DNA of 61,471 nucleotides, filler included, from Choristocarpus tenellus KU-1152 (GCA_964200185.2; 13 parts of 13 records of this genome joined end to end with filler, not necessarily neighbours in it); one strand, 5' to 3'; shown: positions 1 through 13,287, counted from the first letter of the whole stretch. Translations and numbers: made by a program. The notes: a model not told the origin generated them from the letters alone.

Positions 1-859
1 TGCTTAGGTAAAGGAAAAAGGAACCTACCTCCCCCCCCCCCCCCCCCCCCCCCCGAAAACTCCTGTCCCCCTGCTTCTAGTACATTAAAACAACACTGCA
101 TGTAAAAAAGAAAACCTTGGTTACAACATGGGATTACTCATCAACCAACTGAAGAGTAACCAAGCGAGAACACGGGGGCAGAGCGAGAACTGAACTATAT
201 CACCAGCCTGGATGGAAGGACCACATACAGTTACATTCTAACAGTACACGGGAAGGGTATAGAAGTTCAGTTACAAGACTGGAGGGGGGTGACTCATGTA
301 TCTACTACAAGCGATCATTGTTGTACTTGTGTCTTACCAAATGGGTATTGCTTGTTCTCATAATACTTGTTGCCATGTGCATCTTCACCCATCAGATCAC
401 CAAACTTGATGTCTCCCACCTGTGTTACATATGTACAAACATACAAAAGCGAGAGATACATTTACTTGTGTGCATAGAGTGTTGATGTCTACGACGAGAC
501 ACAATGGGGATGGGGTTTCCAAAGTTGGGAAATGGATGCTTGTATGTAATGCGAACAAATGTGTATTCACATGGAGGGGCTAGTTGGGAAGAGCTCGTTG
601 TGTCTTATGAGCAAAATGAGTGTGCTACGTCAAATTCCATGCTGATCAGGGGATGGGGATTTCTTTTTTTCAAGACCCTTGTCTGCAAGAACCTGTGTTG
701 ATGCTGTTTGCCTGTTACGTGGAGCAATGAAATAATGCGCACCACTTCCATATATTATTTTCCCTTGCGCCCGCTGCAATGATTTTGAAAATCAACCACC
801 AAGAATACCGACTCGTTCATCAGTTACAATTTTATAGTAGGACTAGGAGGCTGCCAATG

Positions 860-3100
860 TGGTGCAGAAGGTATTCCTGTGCGAGCCCATACTTGCGACA
901 GAGAAGAGATTGAAACAGGACGGATATTCTGTTGGTCCGAAGCGACCGCATTGTATGGCGGTGGTCATTCTCGATCCATACATTGTCAGCTGAGAATACA
1001 GCTTAGGAAATTGTGGGTGCATTAGCTTTCACAAGTGTGCAAAGTGATCACATCATATACATGACTGATGAAATGTGCACGAGACATATCGAGTAAAAGA
1101 TGACATCGCAAGCGAGGAGACAACTACAACCGAGGAAAGCTGAGAAAAAATAATGGGAAGTCCAAGGCATCGGTGTTCCTTCTCTGTGTAATCTTGTACC
1201 TTCTCGCTTGGATTGGCAGAGATAATAAAACAACAGAGAAATATTGCCCCCCAACTCCCTATCCTGCATCTAAAATATGGTCTACGCACATCGAATATGC
1301 TTTCTTTTTTCCTATGTAGTGAGTCATTAAGCCATCTCGTCCTGCTTGGAATGCAACACACTTCCTAAACTGATGACCTGACAAATAATACTGATGACCT
1401 GACAAATACTACACGAGTGCGAGGTTCTCCACGTAATTTATTGCTGCCCAGCAGTCTCGAGGATTTCATCTTGATACTGAGGTATGGAAATAGTGGCAGG
1501 GGATAAGGAGAGATGGAAAACATCGATACTTCGTGTTCTGGACTTCAGGTTGTCCACTACACGACTATCAGGCACTCTGACCGATTACGATGGTCACCTC
1601 CTCCTTAGCCCATAGGAGAAACTCACCGTGTACATCTTTATCAGTGCATCTCGCCAACCAAAGGTACGCACTGCATGCACGTACTTGAGCACTACCGATG
1701 CCATGGCTTTTTCCTCCTTCTAAGTAAGGTCTACTACACCTATTTGACCTTGTTGACGTACATAAGTTTCCAAACACAATACAACGATTATTAATCAGTT
1801 CCCGCCTTCCCAGTATTGTTAAAACCAGGTCAATTCTTTCAAACTCTGCTAATCGAAAACAAATTGAGAACAGACATCTACAGTAGTAATACCAGAAGTG
1901 GAGGATTGTGAAAGGATAAAAGAACAAGGCCACAGGATCGTAAGACATATTTGGTAGATTGCTGGCGCCTTAGGTGGAGGTAAAGGACGGAGACCATGTT
2001 TGGGAGAGGGTACAGGGCAACAGCTCTTTTGATGCTAGGGTTGACAAGGATTAGTAGAGGAGGTGAGCATTGTAATGAGCTATCGGAGAGTGTTTTCTTA
2101 GCGAAGATTAGTGATCATGCCAATAGGCCAGATTAAAATTGGGATTGTCGTGACTTCTGTGGATATTGACGAGGAAAATGCAGAGTAGTGTTGAAATTGA
2201 AAGTGGAACCTGTTCCCATATGAAATGCTTTTTTTATTCGTTGTTAAAATATCCTCTTCAGGACTGCTCTGCATTGACATAGTATCAAAATAGGCTACTT
2301 TAGGCATCCTCGAATCAGATAAGATCCCTAAGAGATTGTTAATAGTGAAAAACCAAAAAGCTAGGTGGTACCCTTAACTCAGTGACGCCTCGATCAGGGC
2401 CAGATATCGTAATGAAGATCGCCTTATAGAGGGAAATATCATATAGGAAAGCGCGAGCATGCGTTTAAACTCATCCCAAGTTTGCAGTCGCTTGGGAAAG
2501 GTAGGAATAAATGATCGCTGGAGCGCAGCATTTCCTGACACCCACTTACGTTAATTTTTTGCGGAAGAGACCACATAAGCATAGCCAGGTGTGGTACTAG
2601 GTTGTGGTGGTATGTCGTTAGAACGAGTCGAGAACTGTTTGAGGACGCTATAAGATACTTTCTTTTAATTGGAGGCACCTTGTGCTAGCATTCTAGCCGA
2701 CCGAGCGTTTGACAGAACTGACCATGAATCTTCCTGCCGAGGGTCATCTGAGTCCCTTCCCGCCGTCCATCTTTTTTGTTACATGGGGTATCCCTTTGCA
2801 TATCCGAGCACGTTTATTCCTAGAGCTTGTGCTTGCCTTCGGTCCAAAATAGACATTTGCACTTGTGACGTTTTACTTTGTTGTTTGAGCTGTTGACTGA
2901 CTTTTTAAAGATCACCCTCTTGTTTTCCATGGCCCTCAAAACTCGTCCATGTCGTGAACACGAAAAAAAATCTATGTCCCTAAGTAACTGCTAGCAAAGC
3001 ATTGGTCCACGCTATAGAACCCTCAAAATATACTGCCCTCCACAAACCAAGTTGTTCCCAGTGATAGGTGAGGTGATCTACCCATCTGCCCCAACTTTTT
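860..3100 (-). mobile_element. Heavily decayed non-LTR (LINE-type) retrotransposon ORF2 remnant
   Basis: Minus-strand fragments occur in RT order: 'GPDRGV', 'KVAYFDTMSM' (degenerate YADD, ORF 2098-2307) and 'SRPYLEGGKSHGIG' (LINE thumb-region EGG-G motif, ORF 1568-1948). Many stops and frameshifts; boundaries approximate. Confidence 0.5.
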
Positions 3101-5050
3101 GCGAAAGCTCTAACTCAGGCAGACAAGACCCCATCAAGAAGTCCTCATGTTTTCTGAAACTTGCTCCACCCTGACTTGTTCAGCATGGTTGGGTTTTCAT
3201 ATTGTCGACCACTATTCGGAAAGCACTTCTGAGTCTGGATTTGGGTCTGGTCAAAAAAGCGCAGATGCCACTCTTTTTTGGTAATATTGAATTTAGAGAA
3301 ATAGGAAAGGTAAGGATGTGAAAATAGAATGTATGTAAAGGTTTTTTGTGATTATAATGCCAGTAAAAGAAACTGATGTAGGAAGCAAGACTATCGATAT
3401 CCTGTTTGAGATCAGTGTTGAAAAAAAAAAAAATGTTGCTTACCGCTGTTATTTGAATTTTTGGGAAATTGATTCTTCTCGGAGAAGAGATATCAAGAGG
3501 TTTTGCTCCAAGCAATAGCTCTGGGTCACTCTGAGTTCCTATTTAGCAGCCTGTAGCCACGCACATGGTGCTCTGGAACCTGCAGCATTGGCCCTTGTGT
3601 GGTAGGTACAATCTGTGCAATCACTCTAATTTGCAGCCAGGGACTATATTATCAAACCACTTCTCCCACGCATCGGTTTGTTCCTGGGATGGGTGATGTC
3701 GTACACATCAACCAAAGTCTTGTTACAGAGCCGGGGGTTGTTTCAGATCATTGCAACGTCGTTTCAGAGGACTTGGGACTATCGGGGCCCAATTTCTCTC
3801 ACTACTCTCCCCTTGGTCAGATTTCAAGGCGGAGTTCAGTGCTGTCAATGCGGTCCTCCGCCTAATTTTAAATTCTGGTATAGTTGATATGTGAGTCGTC
3901 TTTTTGTCGATAAAATAAAAATGCAATTCGTGCTGCGCTCAAGGGTGGCGGTGAATCCAGGCCCGATCGTCTTGCCAAGGATTTCCCCAAGCCTTCATGC
4001 AGGTCCTTGAGCAATCAGCGGGTGAAATGCGTACACTATTTTAGGGTTGAAGGGTTAGGGCGCAGAATATTTTCACCTAAAGTAATACATTTTTTTTTTC
4101 TCGTGTGACGGGTCTTTTTGTTGTTGTTTATCAGCGCAGGGGGCTGGCTGGAGGGTAGGATATTTTCCCACTAACCTGCACTGCTACATCCCCTTCAAGA
4201 CTTGCTGAGTGCCCCTGCCCTCACACCCCCTCCTCTCCCACCATGCTACCTTGGAATTATGCCCTCTCTCGACTTCCTGAACAAAAATGTACAGACCCCT
4301 GTGTACCTTCAACTGGCCAATCAGAAGTAGAGATTGGGGAGCCCACAACAGTTTGCCTGGTCCTGAACCAATTGATTTGGGACCCCGATGGCATAAACGC
4401 CTTCTATTCCCAGATTGTGATCACGCCAGAGGCAGATGATTTTAGCCGCATTAGGGTGCCTTCATGTGAGTTGGGGGTGGGGGAGGGGGCGGGGGGGGAG
4501 GGGTGATCTGTTCGTTCATTTAGTGCTTGTATGTATAGTGTTTGGGGAGGTTTGCATGGGATGGATGTGGGAGAGTAGGTGCAAGTCCGTATTTTTGTGT
4601 ATTTGATGACATCGAATTTGGCTCCCATGTGATTTCCGAGTCATGATATGATGCACAACAGGGCAGAAGGGAAAATATCATGCTTGGGGATACAAGATTT
4701 GGGTCAGTTGTAGTGGTTGCTGAAGATGTGGCGTCTCATTTACCGAATTGCTAGGGTAATAAAATGTCGTTTGCACTATGTAGTAGCCCTCTGAAAAGAC
4801 AAGAGACCGCTGTTTGATGTTTTTTTATGTGCATAGAATTTGATTTGTCCTGCACTCCGTTCCGTGTGAAATTTATGATTGCAACCCTGTCGGTTGTCGG
4901 GGGCATCGCCGTCGTTAATGGGTAGATCACACGTTGGACAACATATCACTCAACACTGTGTTATGTTTGTATCTCTGGAGGCAAATATACGTGTGACATG
5001 TAGTACCCTGACACTCCGGTCCAAAACGTGTATGTAACATAAGAGTGAAA

Positions 5051-5423
5051 TGTTAACACAACGTGTTGACATAGTGTTGTGAAAGTGTTGTGTTATCCAA
5101 GGTGTGTTAAGGTTGTAAGCACTTCTCGTATGGCAGTGTACTTGTTGACAAAAAGTGTTGACATAGTGTTATGAAAGTGTTGTGTTATCCAAGGTGTGTT
5201 AAGATTATAAGCACTTCTTGTATGGCAGTGTACTTGTCAACACAACGTGTGGCAGTTGACATAGTGTTGTGAAAGTGTTGTGTTATCCAAGGTGTGTTAA
5301 GATTATAAGCACTTCTTTTATGGCAGTGTACTTGTTAACACAACGTGTCGACATAGTGTTGTGAAAGTGTTGTGTTATCCAAGGTGTGTTAAGGTTATAA
5401 GCACTTCTCGTATCGCAGTGTAC
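5051..5423. repeat. Tandem repeat, 4 copies of a ~92-bp unit
   Basis: Unit 'tgttaacacaacgtgttgacatagtgttgtgaaagtgttgtgttatccaaggtgtgttaag...gcacttctcgtatggcagtgtact' recurs near 5051, 5143, 5234 and 5333. Confidence 0.95.
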
Positions 5424-5586
5424 CGTAGTCCAAGGTGTTACCAGAGGAAGATGACAAGAGCTGCTTCCTGCAGGTAGAATGACCTCTTCAACTCTGGAGA
5501 CCTTCTGTTATCACCGTGATTACTAGTGGCATCTATGTGAATTGCTTTAAACAACTACTCTAATACAGTACTGTATACTCCCCCCC

Positions 5587-5623
<37 letters not shown>

Positions 5624-5661
5624 ACAACGCCCCACAACAAACACGCACAGCATCATGTGTT

Positions 5662-5761
5662 NNNNNNNNNNNNNNNNNNNNNNNNNNNNNNNNNNNNNNN
5701 NNNNNTTAATTAATTAANNNNNNNNNNNNNNNNNNNNNNNNNNNNNNNNNNNNNNNNNNNN
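5662..5761. other. Artificial contig linker N44-TTAATTAATTAA-N44 (also 11856-11955, 15632-15731, 18923-19022, 21921-22020, 25972-26071, 29092-29191, 35596-35695, 38761-38860, 42652-42751, 45790-45889, 54019-54118)
   Basis: Identical 100-nt spacer with stops in all six frames, present 12 times. Confidence 0.99.
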
Positions 5762-5924
5762 GGGGGGGTGGGGGGTCTTCACCAGGATGTCCATTTGACC
5801 AGTAACCAGGAAAGTGCACTTACATTATCCATCCAACGTATGCAACCAAATCACCCCAAAACTGCGACATTAAAAAATTGTTCCCAATTGGACAGTTACC
5901 ACACCCCCCCAGATACTTTTAGCC
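5762..5924 (-). mobile_element. MITE family B, partial (truncated by contig start)
   Basis: Ends in 'cccccccagatacttttagcc'; the internal sequence is the reverse complement of 45606-45782. Confidence 0.85.
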
Positions 5925-6696
5925 TGGGCGATATACACCCAGGAGATAGTGCCTAACATCCTAAGTGATACAGCCCTCTATGTATGTAAGCGCACACCTG
6001 CACCATCTTGTCCATTTTGAGCCTGCCGAATGGAACCCCCAGAGCGATAACCTGTTGCAGGGGGACTTGACCAGGTGGTGACAAACTATTGATGGTAAAG
6101 AAGTGCATAAGCTAAGACATTAATTTTTACACTCTTCATGACCTGGGCTATAATTGTAGTGAGCCTGTCAACCCCTTCCATATTTTGAAACTCCCTTCAC
6201 CCTCACTCTCTACACTCTTTTTTTGTAAGGTGAAAAGCACTTACTCTTGTGGGTCAAAGGTTATGGTACTGAATCCAGGCAGCAAACTCACCATCATAGA
6301 AAGAGGAACGACATATCCTGTCCAGTTTTTTGTTTGTCTTTAAACCCAGTACCAAGTCTGGGCTAAGTCCATCCAGTCTTGATCGAAAATGCGATTGCAC
6401 AAACCCCCAAAATGGGCATTCCCAATATTTAATTATCTGAGCAAGCTTTGTCATGAAAACTTAACAAGACCACAATCTCTCTCAAATTCTAACCTTCCAC
6501 GTAACGTTACTCTCCTCCACCCCATCCTTCACCCAAGCTAGTTGCTCGACCCCTATCACGCCCTCCCTGGTGTCCAGGGTGAATAGTTCAGCATGGGACC
6601 CCAAGATGACTGAGTGAGAGCAGTGCCATATGCCGGTCGACTCACTCGTCACACTAGAACAGAGATAGGAGACAGATGCAGACCAGCAGCAACTGT

Positions 6697-6955
6697 GAGC
6701 CAAAGTATCTTAGAGGGTAGGGCCGCGTCCATTTGGGGACCAAAATCCAATGTTGCGATTTTGATGTTGTTTTGGTTGTCAAGTTTGTTTGGAAGTGTCA
6801 ATATCCTTGTTCCAGACACACCTTTTCATATTGTATACATTTTGCCTACTGCGAAACTTCTGGAATAGGAAAATGTCATAAAAAAAACTCGTGGGAAGCC
6901 AAGCCCCGAATGGACAAACAGGGCAAAATTCGTACCTTCTAAGATACTTTCACTC
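6697..6955 (+). mobile_element. MITE family A (~258 bp, Sola-like non-autonomous DNA transposon)
   Basis: TIRs gagccaaagtatcttagagggta / taccttctaagatactttcactc, flanked by tgt/tgt. Homologous copies at 20377, 24133, 24924, 25023, 55948 and 56412. Confidence 0.92.
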
Positions 6956-8807
6956 TGTTGCTTTTTTGACTTGTGGTTGGGAGGAAAGACTCCCACATCC
7001 TCCAAAATCTTCTGTTGATAAAATAGACTGCACAAAAATATTAATGGGAGCTGCATTTCTGGAGTGAACATTCTGGATCTGCTCACACCCTATAGTAGCA
7101 ACGATATATATTTTTACCATAAAATGTCATCCTCAAATCGCTTAATTTCCAGCTAGGGTTCAAGACTACCCTGCAAACACACAAAATGCAAACAGACCTG
7201 ACCGGCCAGTGCTGCGCCAAGCAAGTCACCCCTTCTCTGAACTTGTGGTTCACTTCTTGTTTGTTCTTGGTCTTACCCCTGGATGTCTTGTCTTTGCTTC
7301 CTCTAGTAAACAAAGAAGCCTCCTCCTCCTGAAATAAAAAGGGGGTTACCAGCACTGTGAGGTTTCCAATAAATTTCATCCATTACTTGAAATTGGAACA
7401 ATTTCTACGGTAATTCTTGCCTGGTTTTACCATCTTGTATTGACAGACACTGTGAATGCCACTTTGCCCACAGTCTCGACGTATTACACCACATACTCAA
7501 TACTAAAATATTGGAGAGAGTATCCTAAGCATTTCTCTGCCTTTCACACCAACCACCTAATCAGTATCAATTGTTCTTTTGTCGAATAAAATCTCGAGTT
7601 AACATAGGATTAGGATGGGACCAGCAAGTAGCACACTTTCCTCAATTGTTAGTGGTTGCTGGAGAGATAATTAGCAGCAGGGGATCCCTGCTCACACCTA
7701 ATTCTGATACAAATGAATGGTTCATGACAAGAGACTGGATAATTGGGCTCCTCTTACCCTGAGCAGCTTCTTGCTGCCTTTTGTAGAGTCATTACGGGCA
7801 GTGAGAAATCCATTCGTTCTCAGCAATTGAGCTAATCCTTCAATTCTTTTTGATGCCTCATGGAATAGTTTGTAACCCTGTGAATGGGAGTCACGACAAC
7901 CTGTTGCAACACCAATGGAAGAATTGATTGTGTGTGATAAGACACTGTTAACTTCGCCCCCTTTGTAGTCTCCACCTTACAAAGGATTGCCGTAATCCGC
8001 AGCAGCTCAGGTGACTCCTTACTTGTCTTGTGGTAAAACTATCATAGCCGATAAGTCCCCTGCTACATATTTCTACCCCTCACCACGCATAGATGGCTCC
8101 CCAAGAAGGAGGCAGAAGTTGGGACCAGCCTGGTTAATAGTGGAGCAGGTGGCATCTATCATTGGTCTTTCAATGTGGCCTATGCTCTTTGATTCCCCCA
8201 TTGGAAATATCGAGAACGCTGCAAAGCACAGCTGCTCCTTTTTTTGGTCTTTGTTCTGATCCGGAAGTGTGGCGAATCTTCCTGAAGAAGCAAAGGTCAC
8301 TCAATCATCAAGGAAAATTTCCCGTTCTCTACCCCATTACACCCTTCGGTTGTTGGGTTGATGTGTCACTTGAAATTCCTGTTTTGGGATGGTGTGTAAT
8401 GACATCTATAGGATATTGTTCAAGATTTATAGTGTTGGGAGTCAAATCAATGAAGATGTGGGAAGGTTTGGTCCCTGTTGCATTGTAGACCTTCTTTCTT
8501 AGCCTGTGCAATACACTCTATTTCAGTACTTTATATGCACAATGGTGGACAAGAAATTGATGTTCCCTCTTTACACACACAAACTGACACAAAAATTCAA
8601 CAAAGGATATTTCTGCAATTGTACAAAATGGAATCAGTTCACCCTTGCTCAAGAGCCCTAAAATGCAACCCTGCCTAACCTCACCATTGTTTTGACTCTT
8701 GGGACATATGTGTCAAGGGGAAATAACGGAGGACACGCCTGGACCAATAACATAACCCATTATCACAACTCAATGCCATACGTTCCATTTTGAGGAGATT
8801 TTCTCAC

Positions 8808-9802
8808 CTTTAACGAAATAACCACCCGCTGCCCCTTCAAATCCAAGATCTGGTTGGAGGAGGTACACTCGGTACCACCATATTGTGTTCGCCTCAAGGT
8901 CGGTAAATTTTACAGCCCCAGAACACTCTGTCGACTGCTCAACCTTTGCAGATCCATGCCTGAACACTTTGTGAAAATCTTCATATCTGCTGATTTCGAC
9001 CACTAGCTTGCCTTGGTGTATCAGGTGGGGAGCAAAATATATATTTCTCCTAGTCGATAGAAGTTTGTCAGTTATGGTAAGTATGACCTTAAAGCGACTA
9101 CTGATTGTGGCTGAATCGGCGCAGCTATATTTGAATTAGTCTTTCTACAAGCAACTCTATTCTTGATTCGAACTTACTACTGAATTACTGAGTGAGTGCT
9201 TATTGCCCAGTTGACTCACCAGGGTCGGCAGTACTGGCCCAGATGGTAGATGCGCGATCTGACACCTCCCCAGCAACAGGTCCGTGAACAACGCCAGACC
9301 GACGACGATCTGCGGTTTTCCGGAGCTCTAGGAATGTTTCATCTCTAGCAAGGGAATGTGCTCCGCGCTTATGCAGATAGTCAATGTCTGATCGGATCTT
9401 CTCGCGGCGTGCTTGGATGAACGCTGGACTATTTCGTCGAAGGTGTTCTCCGAGGAACACGAGGGCGTTAAAGCCGTACTCGTACTTGAAGACCAGAAGA
9501 TTAGCATCTTCCTCTTCATCCTCATCTCCTTCGCCTTCCCCTTCCTGTTGTTGTAGAGCATCTACGTCGTCTTCGTCCTCATCAGATCCGTATGCGTCGT
9601 CGACGATTTTGCTTGGGTCTGGCATAGGGGTGCGACCGTATGGTGGATCTAGGACACCTTGCCTGCAGGCCTCTTCGAGGAGGGCATGGAACCCGTCATT
9701 TAGGGCAGGTGCTACTGACCCGAAATCGAATGGAGACATTGGCCGAGATTTTGTTGCAGAAAGAGGCTCCGCTATGTGGAGGAAGTAGGAAACCTTGGTA
9801 TC
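8808..9802 (-). CDS. Two exons (9802-9220, 9011-8808) of a protein with a Dpy-30/RIIa-like dimerization-docking domain followed by a PhoD alkaline-phosphatase N-terminal domain; partial
   Basis: AG/GT sites with compatible phase (PG|KLVVEIS). 'VAPALNDGFHALL...FNALVFLGEHLRRNSP' is D/D-like. 'HGPVAGEVSDRASTIW...VEISRYEDF...VKFTDLEANTIWWYRV' matches the PhoD_N pattern. Confidence 0.7.
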
Positions 9803-9949
9803 TGTGAGGTCAAACGTTTCAGGATTTTATTTTTTATGGAATATTTTTAGATTGCTGTAGTAGTGGTAATAGTAGTACAGTATTAGTAATTATTGGGTTA
9901 TTTGTTGTATTATTGTATCATATTTTAAAATTTATGGTGATGTATGAGG

Positions 9950-11283
9950 TAGACGACGAGGTCGTGACGCTGAAGGGTCAGTCGGACAAGCTGACACAGG
10001 TGGAAGCGTCGGTAACCGAACTAAGGACCTGGTCAGGGTTGACTCCCTTGCTCGGCGACGCTCTACTTCTGCCTGGAGAAGTTGCTTCTCTTGTTGGAGT
10101 TGGACGAAGTCCGAACAAGGAACATGATCAGTAGTTTGCCCACAACCCTGGAGGTTCTGGAGATCCTGAAGTCATTCAGCCGGGACGGCATTCGTTCTGG
10201 CTCACTCATTAACGTGGTACGTAATGAACATGGGAATGGCATCACCGAACTGTGCCTGTGAACTGCTCATCTCACGGGCGGTTGAATGTGTTGAGGAAAA
10301 CTGGACTGTCCTGAAAAGGATACGATGCTCGAGGGCCCACGACACTGTTCCTGCACGACTACGGCGATCTGTTGGGGGAGATAGGCGAGAACATCTTATA
10401 TGATTCGCGTTTTTTGAGTTGTTGAACGGCGTTGAGGAATGATTAGAAGAATTTGAGTATGAGTCGTGGTATGTTGGTGACTCCATGTCTTTCACTGACT
10501 CGTCTTCGTCAGCTTTCTGTTCCTCTTCTCCTCTTGCTTCCTCGAAACGTTCAGCCAGGTGTTCTTGTTGACAAAGTCTTCTTCTGGCTTTGGCGCTCGG
10601 CATGCTGGTCAGTGGTCAAACAAAATTTAAACCATCACCCTATGTCTGAATCGACTCAAAGTATCTGGGGGGTGTGGCGGCTGTCCATTCGAGTCCCATT
10701 TTTTCATGTCAAGATTTTTCGGTGATTTGGTTTCATTCGTCTGATGGATAATCCAAGTTCACTTCTCCCGGTCAGGGCCCGAAGGGACACCCTGATGTAG
10801 ACCCCCTCCCCCCCCAGATACTTTGAGCCAATCCACAGGTGTCACCAATGTGTGAATCGTATAATCCTGTGGTATCTTGGTCCACTCGGACAAGGCTGGT
10901 GAAGAAAATCATCACCAGGGCAAGACGGACCAGACCAATCAGACGGACCTAGGCGAACCAAAGCCGAGAGGACAAGGTTAAGTTTGGACGAGTGCAAGAC
11001 TGCAAGGACTTTGGAGAAAATTGTGGAGTGATGAGAATCTCATGAGAGGGGAATCATCCGAGTGTCAAGAAGTGAGAAGAGAGCAAATCTTTGATGTTTG
11101 ACACTCTGAATGAAGAGAGCTCCCTTATCTGTTGGACTGGTCTCTTGAAGAGATTCCGTGGATTAGCTCTCGCGAAAGATCCTCCACTGGAATCCAGGGT
11201 CCCTGACAAGGAACCTCAATCGGCATGACAGAATATGTTATACGGCAATAACGGTATGATAACAGAAAAACCTGCTTTCCACA
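9950..11283 (-). mobile_element. Truncated LTR retrotransposon: 5' LTR (11283-10849, TG...CA), PBS (10847-10830), decayed gag-like region
   Basis: Minus strand begins TGTGGAAAGCA and ends CA, followed by TTGGTGACACCTGTGG (complement of a tRNA-like 3' end ...CACAGGTGTCACCA). Homologous copy at 23080-24072 shares the 'AQFGDA.P.FI..HVNE' peptide. Confidence 0.75.
10653..10829 (+). mobile_element. MITE family B, complete (177 bp), 4-bp TSD aatc
   Basis: TIRs gactcaaagtatctgggggg / ccccccagatactttgagcc; aatc on both sides. Confidence 0.93.
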
Positions 11284-11704
11284 ATTTATAGAAATAGTGT
11301 ATATAATAAAGTGTTATGTAGTAGGTTGGAGTATATTAATCATCCTCTGTTCAGCACCATGAATTGGAAGAGTTTGCGGATCTGTTGGCTATTCGCTTTT
11401 GGAAAACTAGAGTCCATCCATGAAAACCCTTCGGATGTGGATCAGTTCTTCTTGTACGCCAGGTCAACTTCTGATGAGATTTTAGGGTAACCTACCTCAT
11501 AATTGGGTTTTTGGAAAACCACAAAATCCCTGGACAATTTGATATTGTCACGAGTATTGTAGCCTGCGCCACAAACACTATTCGAAAGGATGCTTAACGG
11601 AGGAATAAATAAGATTCTACTTACTAGTACTTAGTCATGTTTAACTTCACTGAGGTCAGGAGGTACACTTTTCTTCTATTAATACTAGACCTGTTGGCGT
11701 TCTT

Positions 11705-11828
11705 GGTTCATTTCGCGGTTTTTGGGTGATTTGGTTGCATACGTCGGAAGGTTACTGTAAATGCACTTTTCCTGATTTTGACCCCAATGGACACCCTTGT
11801 GTAGACCCCCCCCCCCCCCCCCCCCCCC
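11705..11828 (+). mobile_element. MITE family B-related remnant running into a poly-C tract near the contig end
   Basis: 'ggtgatttggttgcatacgtcgga...tgcacttttcctg...aatggacacccttgtgtagaccccc' matches the internal sequence of 10653-10829 and 45606-45782. Confidence 0.7.
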
Positions 11829-12480
11829 TTTTGCTCTTGGAAAGAAAAAAGAAAANNNNNNNNNNNNNNNNNNNNNNNNNNNNNNNNNNNNNNNNNNNNT
11901 TAATTAATTAANNNNNNNNNNNNNNNNNNNNNNNNNNNNNNNNNNNNNNNNNNNNAGTGATGCAGGTAGGCAGATCTGTAACGTAAATAAGTGTGTGATT
12001 TTAGTATGAGCAATAGTGTCTGAAAAAAAAAAAAAACACCCGATACACCGTATGTGAAAAAAAATAATTAAGATATATTAATATTAATTAATATGCCCTT
12101 TTACTCCCTTTTATTATCAATAGTTGCAAAAGGTTGCGGGTTGTGACAGGTTGGGAAATGATAACAGGTGGGGTGGTGATGATTACACCTGTTGACCTGT
12201 CACTGGCAACTTAACCCTAACCCTAACAAATCCTGACCTTAACTAATCCTAACCCTAACCCTAACTAACAATAGAAGTACGATTCAAGTTCACAAAAAAA
12301 AACCCTTTTTTTTCTCAAGGTAGTGGTAGTGGTAAGACTGTACCCCCAACTAAAAGCGCTTTTCTTTTCTTTTCTTTTCGTGGTGTTGTGTAGAGTATAC
12401 TATATTATAGTATAGTATGTGGTGTACAATATTACTTTACTTCATATTTATGTTAAAGTATTGCCTTTCTTGTATAGAGT

Positions 12481-12620
12481 AGATTATCTTGTATATATTG
12501 TCTTGTATCTTCAATTGTGGTGAACTAGAAGAGAGGAGTGTTGAGATTATCTTGTATATATTGTCTTGTATCTTCAATTGTATAGATCATCTTGTATATA
12601 TTGTTTTGTATCTTCAATTG
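12481..12620. repeat. Three dispersed/tandem copies of a ~37-bp unit
   Basis: 'agattatcttgtatatattgtcttgtatcttcaattg' at about 12481, 12544 and 12583. Confidence 0.85.
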
Positions 12621-13287
12621 CGGTGAGCTTTTCAGTTCTTCCCGTTTTTGAAGAGGATGGCAAACCAAGCCCTTTTTTATTTGTTTTTATTTTTATGTAC
12701 ATCTTCCTGTCTATTTTTTTGCAAAGGATGATTTACTTGATCAAATCGTTTTGTTTTTATCAATGGGATTAATCTCCCACGTTGGGTGGATGTGACTTTT
12801 TTTGTAGGTGGGGTTAGGGTTATTATTGTATGGGATGTGCATAGATACGGTGTTAGGGTTAGGGTTACCCTAACAGTCCTAATGTAATGTATGGTGTGGG
12901 TGCTGACAGACATTTTTTTTTGTTTTGTTGGGGGTGCGGCTTGTGATCTTTATGCTTTTTCCATTTGTGATGTGGTGTGATGTGATGTGATGTGAAGGCT
13001 GTGGTGGGTTGCAGATACTTGCTGATTTTGTATTGAATTTGAAAAGGCATGGAATAGGTATGATATGATAGAACATACTGTATATGTATGATACAACATA
13101 CTGTATATATTCTGACCACTGACAAAGTTGTCATATAGAAAAAAAAATGTAATAAATAAACACAATAGTATGGAGTACATCAAACCCAATGATAGTAGAT
13201 GTCCACCATAACCTCATGCAATATATACTATATTGCGTTCAAGATACAACATACTCTGGGAAACCGATGCATTCTATTGACTGTCAG

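Noticed and set aside
5706-5717. Recurrent TTAATTAATTAA palindrome as a biological motif
   Set aside because: Always centred in N runs; an artificial six-frame stop linker.
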